Of a DNA stretch of 64,000 nucleotides, positions 38,378 through 49,515 are shown piece after piece; within the stretch, counting starts at the first letter, position 1, and each line of letters opens with the position of its first letter. Position numbers and translations under genes: made by a program. This DNA comes from Proteobacteria bacterium UBA1148 (lineage in GTDB: Bacteria; Pseudomonadota; Gammaproteobacteria; Steroidobacterales; Rariloculaceae). The stretch is taken from the NCBI GenBank assembly GCA_002311835.1, contig DBZY01000049.1:49964-113963 (forward strand). Direction: 5' to 3'. The notes under the pieces were generated by a model that saw only the letters and a program-made list of their open reading frames with translations, was not told the DNA's origin and made no database searches.

Positions 38378-38721
38378 GGTTAACTCCTCAAATATACAGT
38401 CAAAGTAGTACCGCGACGCTTGTGAGAGGGACAAGAGGGTCTTTCCCAACGTCTTCACGGTGTTTCTTGGCACAACGCCCCATTACATCGATTGCTACGA
38501 GCAGAGAACTCTTTGCATCCGTAATGATATGCACCTGACTCGGGGGTTTCTGGTAGTTATCCGCCAAACTTTGCTCTGTGGGGTCTATTTTCATGCCGAG
38601 GCTCGTGCCAGTCTTGCGTATATCTTAGACTTTAAGGACCTTGTGTGCCTCAATTTATTTAAAACTTAGTTCTTAACTGATCCATAGCTATGATTCATAG
38701 ACAATGAAGGTGGTGTCCACT

Positions 38722-39588
38722 ATGCCGAACAGCATGACAGGTTTTGCTAATGTCGAAGTGACGGTGGAGCCATTCCAGCTTATCTGGGAGCTTCGTAGTG
38801 TCAATCATCGCTTTTTAGAGATTGGCATTCGCTTGCCCGAGGACTTGCGGCGACTGGAGCACATTTGCCGGGAGCGTATAAATGAGGCTCTCGGGCGCGG
38901 TAAAGTGGATTGCACCTTAAAGGTTAAGCTGACCAAAGGTCACGCTCAGGAGATTAGGTTGCAACATGATGTCCTCATGCGCTTGCAAGCGGCGCAGAAT
39001 CGGGCGCAAGAGAGCCTTCCTGGCGCTCAATCGCTGACGGTTGGTGAGCTTCTTCGTTGGCCGGGCGTACTTGAAGAAACAACTTATGAACCGGCGTCTT
39101 TAGAGGTTCCTATAATGCGTGCACTTGATAATGCTCTCCAGTCTTTGGGGGGCGCCCGGCAGCGAGAGGGGGAGCATATATACACGCTGTTGGAACTGCG
39201 GTGTAATAAAATATTGCGCATCATTTCGCAAATTCGGCCCCGTATTGGGCGTGTCGAGAAGCGCTATCGTGAGAAGCTCCAGGAACGGTGTGGTCGATTG
39301 GATATTGAGGTGAATCCCGAGAGACTGGAGCAGGAAATAGCGTTGCTTACGCAACGTTTAGATATCTCTGAAGAGATAGATCGTCTCGAGGGGCATGTTA
39401 AAGAGGCGCTCGTTGTATTGGTTCGAGAAGACCCCATAGGAAGACGGCTGGATTTTCTTATCCAGGAACTCAACCGTGAGGCCAACACATTGGCTTCGAA
39501 ATCACAAGATGTGGACTTAACGCGTGACGCCGTAGAGATAAAGGTTTTGATCGAACAAATGCGTGAACAAGCACAGAATCTGGAGTAG
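38722..39588 (+). CDS. yicC: YicC-family stress-induced protein
   Basis: MPNSMTGFA parallels E. coli MIRSMTGYA, and the C-terminus carries the DUF1732 motif RRLDFL.QE.NRE.NT..SK. It is divergent from rph, as in E. coli. Confidence 0.85.
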   Translation: MPNSMTGFANVEVTVEPFQLIWELRSVNHRFLEIGIRLPEDLRRLEHICRERINEALGRGKVDCTLKVKLTKGHAQEIRLQHDVLMRLQAAQNRAQESLPGAQSLTVGELLRWPGVLEETTYEPASLEVPIMRALDNALQSLGGARQREGEHIYTLLELRCNKILRIISQIRPRIGRVEKRYREKLQERCGRLDIEVNPERLEQEIALLTQRLDISEEIDRLEGHVKEALVVLVREDPIGRRLDFLIQELNREANTLASKSQDVDLTRDAVEIKVLIEQMREQAQNLE

Positions 39589-39592
39589 TTGA

Positions 39593-40225
39593 GTGCTCTC
39601 CGGTAAGCATGGTCGTCTAGTCGTTGTTTCGGCACCATCTGGCGCGGGTAAAACCACACTCGTTCACGAGATAATTCGACGCCATCCAGAAATTAGGCTT
39701 TCAATCTCCTACACGACCAGACCCCCTAGAAAATCAGAAACAAATGGTAGGGATTATTTCTTCGTAAATGAGAATAAATTCCACGCGATGCTTTTAAGCG
39801 ATGCATTTTTGGAGTCAGCTCGCGTATTTGGTCACTGGTACGGCACCAGCTGGGAGTATGTGAGTGGCTTTCTGAAACAAGGTAATACAGTCTTACTTGA
39901 AATAGACTGGCAGGGCGCTAACCAGGTTTGCTTGCGCATGCCAGAAGCGATAGGGATATTCATCCTACCTCCCAACCGACAAGAGCTGGAGCGACGGCTT
40001 AGAGGTCGAGGTACGGATTCAGATGGGGCCATAAGCAGGCGATTGCGGGATGCGCTCACAGATATGTTGCACTGGAAAGAGTTTGATTACGTTCTGGTTA
40101 GCGATGATGTTGGGAAGTGTGCTGATGCATTTGAAGGCATACTCGATGGTCAGGGTGAGCTGAATCGCGTGAATTCACTGCCCACCCAAGAGAGAGTCGC
40201 ACAGATTCTAGATTCTGATACGTAA
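39593..40225 (+). CDS. gmk: Guanylate kinase
   Basis: It has the P-loop SAPSGAGKTTL, then SISYTTR.PR..E..G.DYFF and the LE.RL..RG lid region. It uses a GTG start. Confidence 0.9.
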   Translation: MLSGKHGRLVVVSAPSGAGKTTLVHEIIRRHPEIRLSISYTTRPPRKSETNGRDYFFVNENKFHAMLLSDAFLESARVFGHWYGTSWEYVSGFLKQGNTVLLEIDWQGANQVCLRMPEAIGIFILPPNRQELERRLRGRGTDSDGAISRRLRDALTDMLHWKEFDYVLVSDDVGKCADAFEGILDGQGELNRVNSLPTQERVAQILDSDT

Positions 40226-40334
40226 GTCTGTTCCGGTACGCTTCGCGTACACCCTGGCTGTTGAAACGTTGTGGCGACCGTCAGGGCTATTGCAGTAAAC
40301 TGGCGGTAAGAACTAAATTTAAGGAGGGTGCATA

Positions 40335-40628
40335 GTGGCCCGAATAACTGTAGAAGATTGCGTCGAAAAAGTAGAGAACATGTTTCAGTTGGTTCTAGTG
40401 ACCGCAAAGCGTGCTCGCCAGCTGGCTAATGGAGCCGAGCCTAAGGTGGCTTGGGAAAACGACAAGCCCACGGTCGTCGCACTCCGTGAAGTCGCAGAGG
40501 GCCATATCACCGAGAGTATCCTCGAAGAGCGGGATGAGCCCGTTGAGAATTTACTCGAGGTAGGACAGGAAGAGTCCAGTCTTACAGACGATTTACTTCA
40601 TGCTCGACCGATTTCTATCGGCGGCTGA
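40335..40628 (+). CDS. rpoZ: DNA-directed RNA polymerase omega subunit
   Basis: (M)[29 protein letters not shown] matches the RpoZ N-terminus. The gmk-rpoZ-spoT order is conserved. Confidence 0.9.
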   Translation: MARITVEDCVEKVENMFQLVLVTAKRARQLANGAEPKVAWENDKPTVVALREVAEGHITESILEERDEPVENLLEVGQEESSLTDDLLHARPISIGG

Positions 40629-40683
40629 CGAGTGAGACTTGCGTGCCCGGCACGCCGATCTGGGCGACGTTTGGGAGCTCACC

Positions 40684-42837
40684 ATGGATTATGCTGCTGC
40701 CATCCGAGAACGGTTACCTGCAACCTGGCGAGGAGATGACTTCGGGCAACTGGTTGCTGTTCTTGAAAGCTATCTACCTAAAGAGGATCTCGAAGGCATC
40801 TTCAATGCCTACGAACTTAGCGCAAAAGCTCATGAGGGACAGCAGCGGCTCAGCGGGCAAGCTTACATTTCACATCCCATTGCAGTCGCCAAAATTCTTG
40901 CTGAACTCCATCTTGATGTAAGCACAATAAAAGCCGCTCTGCTCCACGACGTACTGGAAGACACGTCCTGCACATTGGAGGATATTCAGAAGAATTTTGG
41001 CGAAGACGTTGCCGTATTGGTAGATGGCGTCAGCAAGCTAGATAAGCTTCATTTTCACAGCGCAGCGGAGGCTCAGGCAGAGAGCTTCCGTAAGATGTTG
41101 TTGGCCATGGTTAGGGACCTACGAGTTATCCTGGTTAAGCTCGCGGATCGGATGCACAACATGCGAACCATTGATGCGCTGTCAGCTGAGAAAAGGCGTC
41201 GTATTGCGAAAGAGACGCTGGAGATTTATGCGCCAATTGCAAATCGGCTTGGGATCTACAGTTTGAAAGTTGAACTTGAAGATCTGGGTTTCAAGGCGTT
41301 CATGCCGTTTCGTTACCGTGTAATAGAGCATGCTCTTAGTAAAGCAAGCGGTAGTCAACGGCAGTTTCTGCGGAAGATTGAGGCGAAACTGAAAAAAAAT
41401 ATCAGAGATCATCAAATCAATGGACGTCTGGTTACTCGCGAGAAACATCTATACAGCATCTACTCGAAGATGCGGAGGAAACATATCCATCTGTCAGAAA
41501 TTGTAGATGTCTTTGGTATTAGGATTGTGGTTCCCGACATAGACACATGCTATCGCGTGCTTGGTTTAGTACATCAGATCTACAAGCCAATGCCCGGTCG
41601 TTTCAAGGATTACATATCTATTCCGCGCGTAAATGGGTATCAATCTTTGCATACAACGTTATTTGGTCCCAAAGGAATGCCGCTCGAGGTACAAATTCGG
41701 ACCGAAGAAATGGATCAAGTAGCTGAGCGTGGGATTGCTGCGCCTTGGAAATATAAAGCAGTAGAAAAGCATACCTATAGTGCGGAGGCTAGGGCTCGTG
41801 ATTGGTTGCAAGGACTCATGGAGATGCAACAGACGGGCAACTCTGAGGAGTTTCTGGAGGCAGTCAAGGTAGACCTGTTTCCGGACAAGGTATACATGTT
41901 CACCCCAAAGGGAGACATTCTGCGTCTCCCGCGTGGCGCAACCGCGGTCGATTTTGCATATGCGGTGCATACGGATGTTGGGAATCGGTGTGTTGCCGCA
42001 AAAATAGACCGTCGGCCTGTGCCGCTGAAAACTACCCTGAGCAATGGTGATACGGTAGAGATTATCACTGCCCGTTCCGCAAAACCTAATCCCAGCTGGG
42101 TGAATTTTGTTACAACCGCGAAGGCACTTAATGCAATACGCGGGTTTCTTAAAGGCCTCAAAAAAGACGAAGCTCGAGAGCTTGGGAAACGTCTTTTGAG
42201 CCAGTCTCTTAGACCCTATTCGCTTAATCTTCGCCGGTTACGAAAAACACAAACGAGCAGTTTGCTTAAAGAGCTTGGGGGTTTGGACATAGGTGAGTTA
42301 TACGAGCAGCTGGGACTCGGAAAGCGTCTAGCCCCGGTCATCGCCGGGATGCTTGCGCAGCAGGTAGATAATGAAGGAGACGTTGCTACTGAGCTTCGGC
42401 CACTCGATATCGCTGGTACTGAGGGTCTATTAATATCATATGCTGGGTGTTGCCATCCAATACCGGGCGATGACATCGTTGGTTTTATGTCAACTGGTCG
42501 CGGTGTTGTGATTCATAGAAGTAACTGTCATCACGTTGCCGAGTACCGTAAGCATCCTGCGAAGTGGATTCCTGTGGATTGGCGCCGCGGCGTCAAGGGG
42601 GAATTCCAGTCGGAGATTCAAGTTAAAACATTAAACCGGGTTGGATTGCTTGCGGAGGTTGCAGGGCGAATTTCAGCAACACTGAGTAATATAGACCACG
42701 TGAATGTTGAAACTGATGATGACGAGTCAACGCTGCTGTTCAGGCTTAACGTACGTGACCGCCGTCATCTTGCACACGTTATTCGCAGTATTCGAACAAA
42801 TCCTGGTGTGGTTCGTGTGAATCGTGCCACGGGGTAA
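40684..42837 (+). CDS. spoT: Bifunctional (p)ppGpp synthetase/hydrolase SpoT
   Basis: It has the HD hydrolase motif ([13 protein letters not shown]...D..T..AALLHDV.EDT) and synthetase motifs (YSIY.KM, GYQSLHT). TGS and ACT-like C-terminal domains are present. The start could be the ATG at 40684 or the TTG at 40639. Confidence 0.88.
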   Translation: MDYAAAIRERLPATWRGDDFGQLVAVLESYLPKEDLEGIFNAYELSAKAHEGQQRLSGQAYISHPIAVAKILAELHLDVSTIKAALLHDVLEDTSCTLEDIQKNFGEDVAVLVDGVSKLDKLHFHSAAEAQAESFRKMLLAMVRDLRVILVKLADRMHNMRTIDALSAEKRRRIAKETLEIYAPIANRLGIYSLKVELEDLGFKAFMPFRYRVIEHALSKASGSQRQFLRKIEAKLKKNIRDHQINGRLVTREKHLYSIYSKMRRKHIHLSEIVDVFGIRIVVPDIDTCYRVLGLVHQIYKPMPGRFKDYISIPRVNGYQSLHTTLFGPKGMPLEVQIRTEEMDQVAERGIAAPWKYKAVEKHTYSAEARARDWLQGLMEMQQTGNSEEFLEAVKVDLFPDKVYMFTPKGDILRLPRGATAVDFAYAVHTDVGNRCVAAKIDRRPVPLKTTLSNGDTVEIITARSAKPNPSWVNFVTTAKALNAIRGFLKGLKKDEARELGKRLLSQSLRPYSLNLRRLRKTQTSSLLKELGGLDIGELYEQLGLGKRLAPVIAGMLAQQVDNEGDVATELRPLDIAGTEGLLISYAGCCHPIPGDDIVGFMSTGRGVVIHRSNCHHVAEYRKHPAKWIPVDWRRGVKGEFQSEIQVKTLNRVGLLAEVAGRISATLSNIDHVNVETDDDESTLLFRLNVRDRRHLAHVIRSIRTNPGVVRVNRATG

Positions 42838-42845
42838 CGATCGGG

Positions 42846-43229
42846 ATGTCTGAGAAACGATACATTCACACGGAAGCTGCGCCAGCCGCTATAGGGACCT
42901 ACAGTCAGGCGGTTCGCACCGGTCATACGGTTTATTTATCAGGGCAGATCCCGTTAGACCCGTCGACTATGGAGTTGATTGGTGGGGATATAGACGCTCA
43001 AATACGTCAAGTGTTCGATAATCTTAGCGCCGTGGCGGGAGCCGCTGGTGGGAGCCTTTTCGATGTAGTAAAGCTTACCGTTTATCTTGTCGATATCGGA
43101 GACTTTCCACGTGTGAATGAAATAATGTCAGAGTACTTCAAAAAACCTTACCCTGCTCGTGCTGCTGTTGGAGTATCTGCACTGCCAAAGGCAGCGCTGG
43201 TTGAAATGGACGCGATTCTGGTTGCCTGA
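42846..43229 (+). CDS. ridA: RidA/YjgF-family reactive enamine/imine deaminase
   Basis: 127 aa. It contains [23 protein letters not shown] and the ..PAR..V.V..LPK.ALVE.D.I C-terminus. Confidence 0.85.
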   Translation: MSEKRYIHTEAAPAAIGTYSQAVRTGHTVYLSGQIPLDPSTMELIGGDIDAQIRQVFDNLSAVAGAAGGSLFDVVKLTVYLVDIGDFPRVNEIMSEYFKKPYPARAAVGVSALPKAALVEMDAILVA

Positions 43230-43275
43230 ATCCCTCCCCAGCCCGAGCCACGCACTCGAAAGACCAACCACTGCT

Positions 43276-45312
43276 ATGAAAGGGGTCGGGCCTAAGCTTG
43301 CAGAGAATCTTCTACGGATGGGTGTGGAACGAATCGGTGACCTTTTGTGCCTCTTACCAATTCGCTACGAGGATCGCACGGAAATCAGACCTTTGGGGGG
43401 ATTAAAGCCGGGGGAAAAAGTGTTAGTGGAAGGGGAGTTAGAGCTTGCCGAAGTCGTCTTTCGCCATCGTCGCTCACTTCTCTGTCGGATTTCTGATGGA
43501 ACCGGAGCGATCGTACTGCGTTTCTTTCACTTCAGGAAAGCGCAGCAGCAAACCCTCTCTCGTGGAGTCCGACTTCGATGCTTCGGTAATGTTCGTGCTG
43601 GACCAACAGGGTTAGAGATGATTCATCCAGAATATAAGATTTTGACGGCTGGTTCGGAACCTTTGACTAATGTGATGACTCCTATTTACCCAACCACTGA
43701 GGGTCTTCAACAGCAACGCTTGCGAAGGCTGACGCAGCAAGCTGTGGACATTCTCGAGCACGTTCCGCTAACGGATTATTTAAGGGACCAGTTGCCTGAG
43801 GATTGGCCTACGCTTAATCAGGCGCTGAGGTTTCTGCATGGCCCACCCCAGGGTAGCGAGCTGGACTTACTACTCCACGGCACTCATCCGTGCCAGCGAC
43901 GAATGGCATTAGAGGAGCTTGTGGCACAGCGCCTCAGCCTTCGCCAGTTGAATATACGCAGAATGCGCTCGCGTGCTACGCCACTTAAAGATGTCAACAA
44001 ACTGGTCCCGCAACTTAGATCTCAATTGCCATTCGTCCTCACCAGTGCTCAGGAGACGGCCCTTGACGATATTCTCTCTGATATTGCTACCGTGGTGCCG
44101 ATGCACCGGCTTCTGCAGGGCGATGTTGGCTCAGGAAAAACAATCGTCGCAGCAATAGCTGCATTAGTTTCAGCTTCTGCGGGGAGTCAAACTGGTTTCA
44201 TGGCACCTACTGAGCTACTTGTCGAGCAGCACTTTAGCAATCTATGTGATTGGCTTCGTCCGCTGGGAATTGAAGTAGTGCGTCTAACAGGCGCTGTTAT
44301 GGGGCCTGCCCGCTCCAAGGTACTCAGTAGCATTGCTGCAGGTCAGGCACAGGTTGTCGTTGGTACCCATGCACTCTTTCAACAAGGAGTCCAATTCAGG
44401 AAGCTTGCGTTGATGATAGTAGACGAACAGCATCGATTTGGCGTGCACCAGAGGCTAAAACTCAAGCAAAAGGGTCAAAAGGGAGTTCTATCTCCGCACC
44501 AACTGGTGATGACCGCGACGCCGATTCCACGCACCTTGGCAATGATCGCTTATGCTGACCTTGACTGTTCAATCATCGATGAATTACCTCCCGGTCGCCA
44601 GCCCGTTCAAACTGCGGTGGTGCCCGAGAGTCGACGCCCGCAGCTGGTTCAGCGAGTGTTAGCGCACTGTCGGGCTGGGCGACAGGCGTATTGGGTGTGT
44701 CCGTTGATTGAAGAATCGGAAGTTGTGGATTCACAGGCAGCCGCTGAAGTTGGGCGGGAACTTGAACTAGCCTTGCCAGAATTGGCCGTAGGGTTGATAC
44801 ACGGCCGGATGAGGTCTCAAGAGAAGGACACTATTATGCGTCGGTTTAAGGAGGGAGGTCTGGACCTACTCGTCGCAACGACGGTGATTGAAGTGGGAGT
44901 TGACGCCACCAACGCTAGCCTAATGATCATCGAAAACTCCGAGCGGATGGGACTTTCCCAGTTACATCAATTGCGTGGGAGGGTTGGTCGTGGTAGCGAG
45001 GTTTCTAGCTGCGTGTTGCTCTATAAATCCCCGCTGTCCGAAGTGGCTCAACAACGTCTACGTGTGATAAGAGAAACGTCCGATGGTTTTCTCGTTGCAC
45101 AAAAAGACTTGGAGCTTCGGGGTCCTGGTGAGGTTCTCGGTACTCGCCAGGCCGGGATCATGCACTTAAAAGTGGCCGATCTAGTAAGGGATTCAGATTT
45201 ACTACCACAGGTCATTAAGCTGTCTGATGAGCTGTTAGAGAAATATCCACAGAGAGTATCGCCTTTGATTCGGCGATGGACTAGTGGGGCAACTGAGTAT
45301 GCAAAGGTATAA
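43276..45312 (+). CDS. recG: ATP-dependent DNA helicase RecG
   Basis: It shows an N-terminal wedge region (GVGPKLAENL...DLLCLLPIRYEDRT), helicase motif I GDVGSGKT, DEQHRFGV, TATPIPRTL, and QLHQLRGRVGRG. The start is uncertain: the ATG at 43276, or the TTG at 43222 overlapping the ridA stop. Confidence 0.9.
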   Translation: MKGVGPKLAENLLRMGVERIGDLLCLLPIRYEDRTEIRPLGGLKPGEKVLVEGELELAEVVFRHRRSLLCRISDGTGAIVLRFFHFRKAQQQTLSRGVRLRCFGNVRAGPTGLEMIHPEYKILTAGSEPLTNVMTPIYPTTEGLQQQRLRRLTQQAVDILEHVPLTDYLRDQLPEDWPTLNQALRFLHGPPQGSELDLLLHGTHPCQRRMALEELVAQRLSLRQLNIRRMRSRATPLKDVNKLVPQLRSQLPFVLTSAQETALDDILSDIATVVPMHRLLQGDVGSGKTIVAAIAALVSASAGSQTGFMAPTELLVEQHFSNLCDWLRPLGIEVVRLTGAVMGPARSKVLSSIAAGQAQVVVGTHALFQQGVQFRKLALMIVDEQHRFGVHQRLKLKQKGQKGVLSPHQLVMTATPIPRTLAMIAYADLDCSIIDELPPGRQPVQTAVVPESRRPQLVQRVLAHCRAGRQAYWVCPLIEESEVVDSQAAAEVGRELELALPELAVGLIHGRMRSQEKDTIMRRFKEGGLDLLVATTVIEVGVDATNASLMIIENSERMGLSQLHQLRGRVGRGSEVSSCVLLYKSPLSEVAQQRLRVIRETSDGFLVAQKDLELRGPGEVLGTRQAGIMHLKVADLVRDSDLLPQVIKLSDELLEKYPQRVSPLIRRWTSGATEYAKV

Positions 45313-45351
45313 ATTAGGCGAATTTAGAAAGGCCTATAAAATGCAATACTG

Positions 45352-46302
45352 ATGAATCTTTCCTTCGATATAGAAACACTTCGCATATTCACTAGTCGAT
45401 TGAATCAACGGGGACGATGGTTCGGCAAATATCTAGGCATTGTGCTCCAACACTATATGGCTTACGTACGATTGGTACGACTACATGAGCCAGTTGGGAT
45501 ATGGCTTTTGCTATGGCCAACTCTGTGGGCGCTGTGGATTGCTGGTGAAGGACGTCCTGACCAGCGAGTATTCATTGTATTCGTTTTTGGAACCATGGTA
45601 CTGCGTGCGGCCGGGTGCATCATGAACGATTACGCTGATCGAAAGATAGACCTTCATATCAGGCGGACGCGAGACCGGCCCTTGGCTACCGGAGAGGTTA
45701 CTATTTCAGAAGCGGCCATACTATTTGTGGGATTGATGTTGATTGGATTTGGTCTCGTATTGACGATGAACAGGCTAACTCAAGGTCTGGCAATCATCGG
45801 TGCGCTTATTACTATCATCTATCCGTTCAGCAAGAGATTCATTTCTTTCCCGCAATTTGTACTGGGGATCGCTTTTGCTTGGGGGGTCCCTATGGCGTTT
45901 GCGGCTCAGTTGGGCACCGTACCAAGGATAGGGTGGTTGTTATTCATTACAACTATCATCTGGGGGGTTATATATGATACTGAGTACGCTATGGCAGACC
46001 GAGAAGACGACCTTAAGATTGGGGTCAGATCGACAGCAATACTTTTTGGTGATTTAGATCGGGTGTTTGTCGGTGTGCTGCAATTGATGTTTCTTGGCGC
46101 ACTGATTCTAGTACGCCGAAGTGCCGAGCTTGGGGCGTGGTCTATAGTTGGCATCGCCTTAGCCGCAATTTTCTTCCTGTATCAGCAATATCTTATCCGA
46201 GACCGTGACTCCAAGCTCTGCTTTATCGCATTCAGGAACAACGCCACTTTGGGTATGTGCGTGTTCGTCAGTATTCTCTTGGATTACATCTTTAGCGGGT
46301 AG
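45352..46302 (+). CDS. ubiA: 4-hydroxybenzoate polyprenyltransferase
   Basis: It contains LLLWPTLWALWIA, the Asp-rich motif NDYADRKID and a second motif YDTEYAMADREDDLKIG. The N-terminal start is uncertain (45352 or an internal Met). Confidence 0.88.
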   Translation: MNLSFDIETLRIFTSRLNQRGRWFGKYLGIVLQHYMAYVRLVRLHEPVGIWLLLWPTLWALWIAGEGRPDQRVFIVFVFGTMVLRAAGCIMNDYADRKIDLHIRRTRDRPLATGEVTISEAAILFVGLMLIGFGLVLTMNRLTQGLAIIGALITIIYPFSKRFISFPQFVLGIAFAWGVPMAFAAQLGTVPRIGWLLFITTIIWGVIYDTEYAMADREDDLKIGVRSTAILFGDLDRVFVGVLQLMFLGALILVRRSAELGAWSIVGIALAAIFFLYQQYLIRDRDSKLCFIAFRNNATLGMCVFVSILLDYIFSG

Positions 46303-46365
46303 TTAGGGGATAGTGATGATTCAGTAGTAAAGCTGGTAGCAGTTATTTGTAAACTTCTTATGTTA

Positions 46366-46398
46366 TTAAAAGTTGACAGATTCTAGATTCGTTTCCAA
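46366..46398 (+). promoter_or_regulatory. Imperfect BirA-operator-like inverted repeat overlapping a TTGACA -35 element upstream of bioB
   Basis: The site is TTGTAAACT-N15-AGTTGACAG, against my memory of the E. coli-type bioO half-sites TTGTAAACC / GGTTTACAA. The left half matches 8 of 9 positions and the right half 6 of 9. Confidence 0.3.
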
Positions 46399-46452
46399 TA
46401 TTCTTTTTTCAGACGAATCATTTTTTGAGAGCAATAGATAGGAGCATCTCGT

Positions 46453-47475
46453 ATGTCTGCAGAAGCTACGCAAACGAGATCAACGGGATTAAAAGTTGGG
46501 GCGGTTCTGGTTACTGCCGATGTCCGGACCGACTGGACGGTGGGGGAAGTTGCCGCTGTATTTGATTTGCCGTTTAACGATCTTCTTTACGCTGCTCAAT
46601 GGGTGCATAGGCAACATTTCGAGTCCAATACTGTACAGGTTTCAACACTGTTATCCATTAAAACGGGTGCTTGCCCAGAGGATTGCGCGTATTGCCCTCA
46701 GAGCATCCGATACCAGACAGGTGTTGAGGCTCAGGAGATTATATCGCTTGAGGCGGTGAAACAGTCTGCCCAGGAGGCTAAAAACGCGGGAGCCACCCGA
46801 TTCTGTATGGGGGCTGCTTTCAGGGGGCCTAAAGACACCCAAATTGAGCAAATCTCTGAGATGATTTGCGAGGTTCGAGCGCTTGGGATGGAGACTTGCG
46901 CGACGCTAGGGTTGCTTACAGCATCCCAAGCAAAAAGCCTGGCGCAGGCTGGTCTTGATTACTACAATCATAACCTGGACACTTCTGAGTCCTTCTATCC
47001 GAAAATAATTACCACGCGTACCTACGCAGATAGACTTCGTACACTAGAGCATGTGCGTGCTGCAGGAATGAAAGTATGTTGTGGCGGCATTATGGGAATG
47101 GGAGAAAGTCGGAGTGATTGGGTGGATCTCTTGCACGCACTTGCTACCCTTGAGCCCCAACCCGAGAGTGTACCGATCAATCAACTGGTGCCCGTTCCAG
47201 GGACGCCGCTAGAGGACAAAAAAATTCTTGATGGATTGGAATTTGCTCGTACCGTAGCTGTCGCGCGTATATTAATGCCTTGTGCCCACGTACGTTTGTC
47301 TGCCGGTCGGGCAGAATTTACTGACGAGTTACAGGCACTGTGTTTTGTAGCAGGGGCAAATTCTATTTTTTATGGGGATACGTTGTTAACCACCGAGAAT
47401 CCGGAACGAGAGGCAGACCAAGTGTTATTTTCGAAACTTGGGCTCAAACCAGAACCTGTGCAACACCTTACTTGA
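46453..47475 (+). CDS. bioB: Biotin synthase (radical SAM)
   Basis: It has the radical-SAM cluster motif [11 protein letters not shown], then YNHNLDTS, and overall length and pattern typical of BioB. Confidence 0.92.
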   Translation: MSAEATQTRSTGLKVGAVLVTADVRTDWTVGEVAAVFDLPFNDLLYAAQWVHRQHFESNTVQVSTLLSIKTGACPEDCAYCPQSIRYQTGVEAQEIISLEAVKQSAQEAKNAGATRFCMGAAFRGPKDTQIEQISEMICEVRALGMETCATLGLLTASQAKSLAQAGLDYYNHNLDTSESFYPKIITTRTYADRLRTLEHVRAAGMKVCCGGIMGMGESRSDWVDLLHALATLEPQPESVPINQLVPVPGTPLEDKKILDGLEFARTVAVARILMPCAHVRLSAGRAEFTDELQALCFVAGANSIFYGDTLLTTENPEREADQVLFSKLGLKPEPVQHLT

Positions 47476-47521
47476 TGGCAGCCTCTCGAAGGGAGGAGGC
47501 ACCCATGGTGGAATCCAATCC

Positions 47522-48439
47522 ATGACTAACAATCCAGCCCTAAGAATTGGTTTTCCAGAGAGGTGTGCTGCACTAAAACGCCTAGCAAAAGCTAGCACCA
47601 CCTTTGATGATTCGGATACCGTGCACACGGAGGCGCGGGACCGGATGTTGGAGAGGTTAAAATTTTTCAGGTTAGCTCCCCGGTGTGTACTCGATCTTGG
47701 CTCGGCAACTGGTAAGGGCACTACTGAACTTGCAGCGCTCTATCCAGAAGCACAGATCATAGCGGCTGAATTGTCACATCCAATGGCTGCACAAACGCAA
47801 AAACGCTGCGTAGATCTTAATTTAACGCACACTGTGATAGGTAACGCAGAGCAACTTCCGTTCCTGGAAAATAGTATCGATTTAGTTTTTGCAAACCTCC
47901 TACTACCTTGGTGCGATCCCCAGGCTGTGTTTGGTGAAGTCTCGAGAGTTCTTTGCGATGGTGGTCTAGCTCTCTTTACAACCGTCGGACCGGATACTCT
48001 ACAAGAGGTGCGCAAGGCTTGGGCCGCCGTGGACGAGAAGGTGCATGTTCACGGTTTCGTTGATATGCATGACCTAGGTGACTTGGCGGCCAGAGCAGGT
48101 TTAATAGAGCCCGTAATGGATATAGATCGCCTGCAGGTGGATTATGGAAAATTTGAGCAGCTCGTGTCTGACCTAAGGGCATGCGGAGCTACGAATGTAG
48201 CCTTTGGAAGACGGACTCAGCTCACTGGTCCTCGCCGTTGGCGCGCTTTCTGCGAGAGGCTGGAAGCCTACCGGAGTAGAGGAACGCTTTCGATTAGTGT
48301 GGAATTGATATTTGGTCAAGCCTGGGGAATGACCCGCTCAGCTGTGACGGGTGATAGCGTTGTGCAAGTGTCCGTTGACGAGTTGACTCGAAGTTTGCGT
48401 CGTGGTGATGGTGAGTCGGGTGCGAATGGGGTCAGGTAA
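47522..48439 (+). CDS. bioC: Class I SAM-dependent methyltransferase, BioC-like (malonyl-ACP O-methyltransferase candidate)
   Basis: SAM motif I is VLDLGSATGKGT and the N-terminal layout resembles BioC. The gene lies directly after bioB. The call is context-based, and the roughly 40-aa C-terminal extension is atypical. Confidence 0.55.
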   Translation: MTNNPALRIGFPERCAALKRLAKASTTFDDSDTVHTEARDRMLERLKFFRLAPRCVLDLGSATGKGTTELAALYPEAQIIAAELSHPMAAQTQKRCVDLNLTHTVIGNAEQLPFLENSIDLVFANLLLPWCDPQAVFGEVSRVLCDGGLALFTTVGPDTLQEVRKAWAAVDEKVHVHGFVDMHDLGDLAARAGLIEPVMDIDRLQVDYGKFEQLVSDLRACGATNVAFGRRTQLTGPRRWRAFCERLEAYRSRGTLSISVELIFGQAWGMTRSAVTGDSVVQVSVDELTRSLRRGDGESGANGVR

Positions 48440-48528
48440 CGGGTTAGTTCTGTTACAATTTCCCTCACGGCAGCGTAGCCGTTCCCACCGTGAGAAAGCA
48501 CCTCGAATAAATTCTAAGGTCGGTTGAC

Positions 48529-49515
48529 TTGAAAACCTATTTTCTTCGGTTAGCACGTGTTGGCCTTTTTCTCGCCTTCTTAGTCGTGATAGTTGGTGCC
48601 TGGGTTCGGCTGACGGACGCAGGACTCGGTTGCCCTGACTGGCCAGGTTGCTACGGGCAGTTGGTTGTTCCCGGAAGTGCGTCTGAACAGGCTGACGCGG
48701 CCACAGCCTTTCCTGAACGACCTCTAGACGTCGGAAAGGCGTGGCGCGAGATGATCCATCGCTACCTTGCGACTGGACTTGGTTTGATATGCATGCTCCT
48801 GGCAGGACTGGCATGGTTGAATAGGGCTGATCCGGCTCAGCCCAGGAGAATGCCTGCCGTGCTGTTCGGTGTAGTGGTTTTGCAGGGGCTTCTAGGGATG
48901 TGGACGGTAACATTGCTTTTGAAGCCCGTTATCGTCGTGGCTCATTTGTTGGGGGGGCTGACAACATTGGGGCTTTTGTTCTGGCTTGGCGAGTGGCACC
49001 GTGAAGATTTATTGAGCATTACACCCGCACCATTGTTAAAACTACTGGCTCCCATCGCCGTGATTGTGTTGACGCTACAGATTTCCCTGGGTGGTTGGAC
49101 GAGCGCCAACTATGCTGCGCTGGCCTGCCCGGATTTTCCAACTTGTCAGACGCGTTGGTGGCCGCCGACGGCAGATTTCCAGGAGGGATTCGTAATTTGG
49201 AGGGGTCTGGGCGTAGACTACGAAGGCGGTGTACTAGACAATCCAGCCCGCGTCTCGATTCATTTCGCACATAGACTTGGCGCCATTTTGACTACAGCCA
49301 TCTTAGGTTTCCTAGGATGGCTGATGGCGAGGAGAATTCAATTCAGGCTGGATGGAGTCGTATTGCTCGTGACGCTCATGCTACAGCTGATTATAGGTGT
49401 GAGTATTGTGCTTTACAGCGCTCCACTAGTTATCGCGGTTGCCCACAATGGGGTGGCAGCCTTGTTATTACTGACAGTTTTAAATGCTAACCAAAGAATT
49501 CGACACAATAAATGA
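48529..49515 (+). CDS. ctaA: Haem A synthase (COX15/CtaA)
   Basis: It contains GAWVRLTDAGLGCPDWPGCYG and H-containing helices (HR..A, AHL, HR.GA), with about 8 transmembrane segments. It uses a TTG start. Confidence 0.85.
   Translation: MKTYFLRLARVGLFLAFLVVIVGAWVRLTDAGLGCPDWPGCYGQLVVPGSASEQADAATAFPERPLDVGKAWREMIHRYLATGLGLICMLLAGLAWLNRADPAQPRRMPAVLFGVVVLQGLLGMWTVTLLLKPVIVVAHLLGGLTTLGLLFWLGEWHREDLLSITPAPLLKLLAPIAVIVLTLQISLGGWTSANYAALACPDFPTCQTRWWPPTADFQEGFVIWRGLGVDYEGGVLDNPARVSIHFAHRLGAILTTAILGFLGWLMARRIQFRLDGVVLLVTLMLQLIIGVSIVLYSAPLVIAVAHNGVAALLLLTVLNANQRIRHNK

Noticed and set aside
48338-48913. A 191-aa minus-strand ORF spanning the bioC-like 3' end, the intergenic gap and the ctaA 5' end.
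   Set aside because: It is Arg/Ser/Pro/Thr-rich and low in complexity. It has no recognisable motifs and is antisense to two genes with strong family signatures, so it behaves like a typical shadow ORF.
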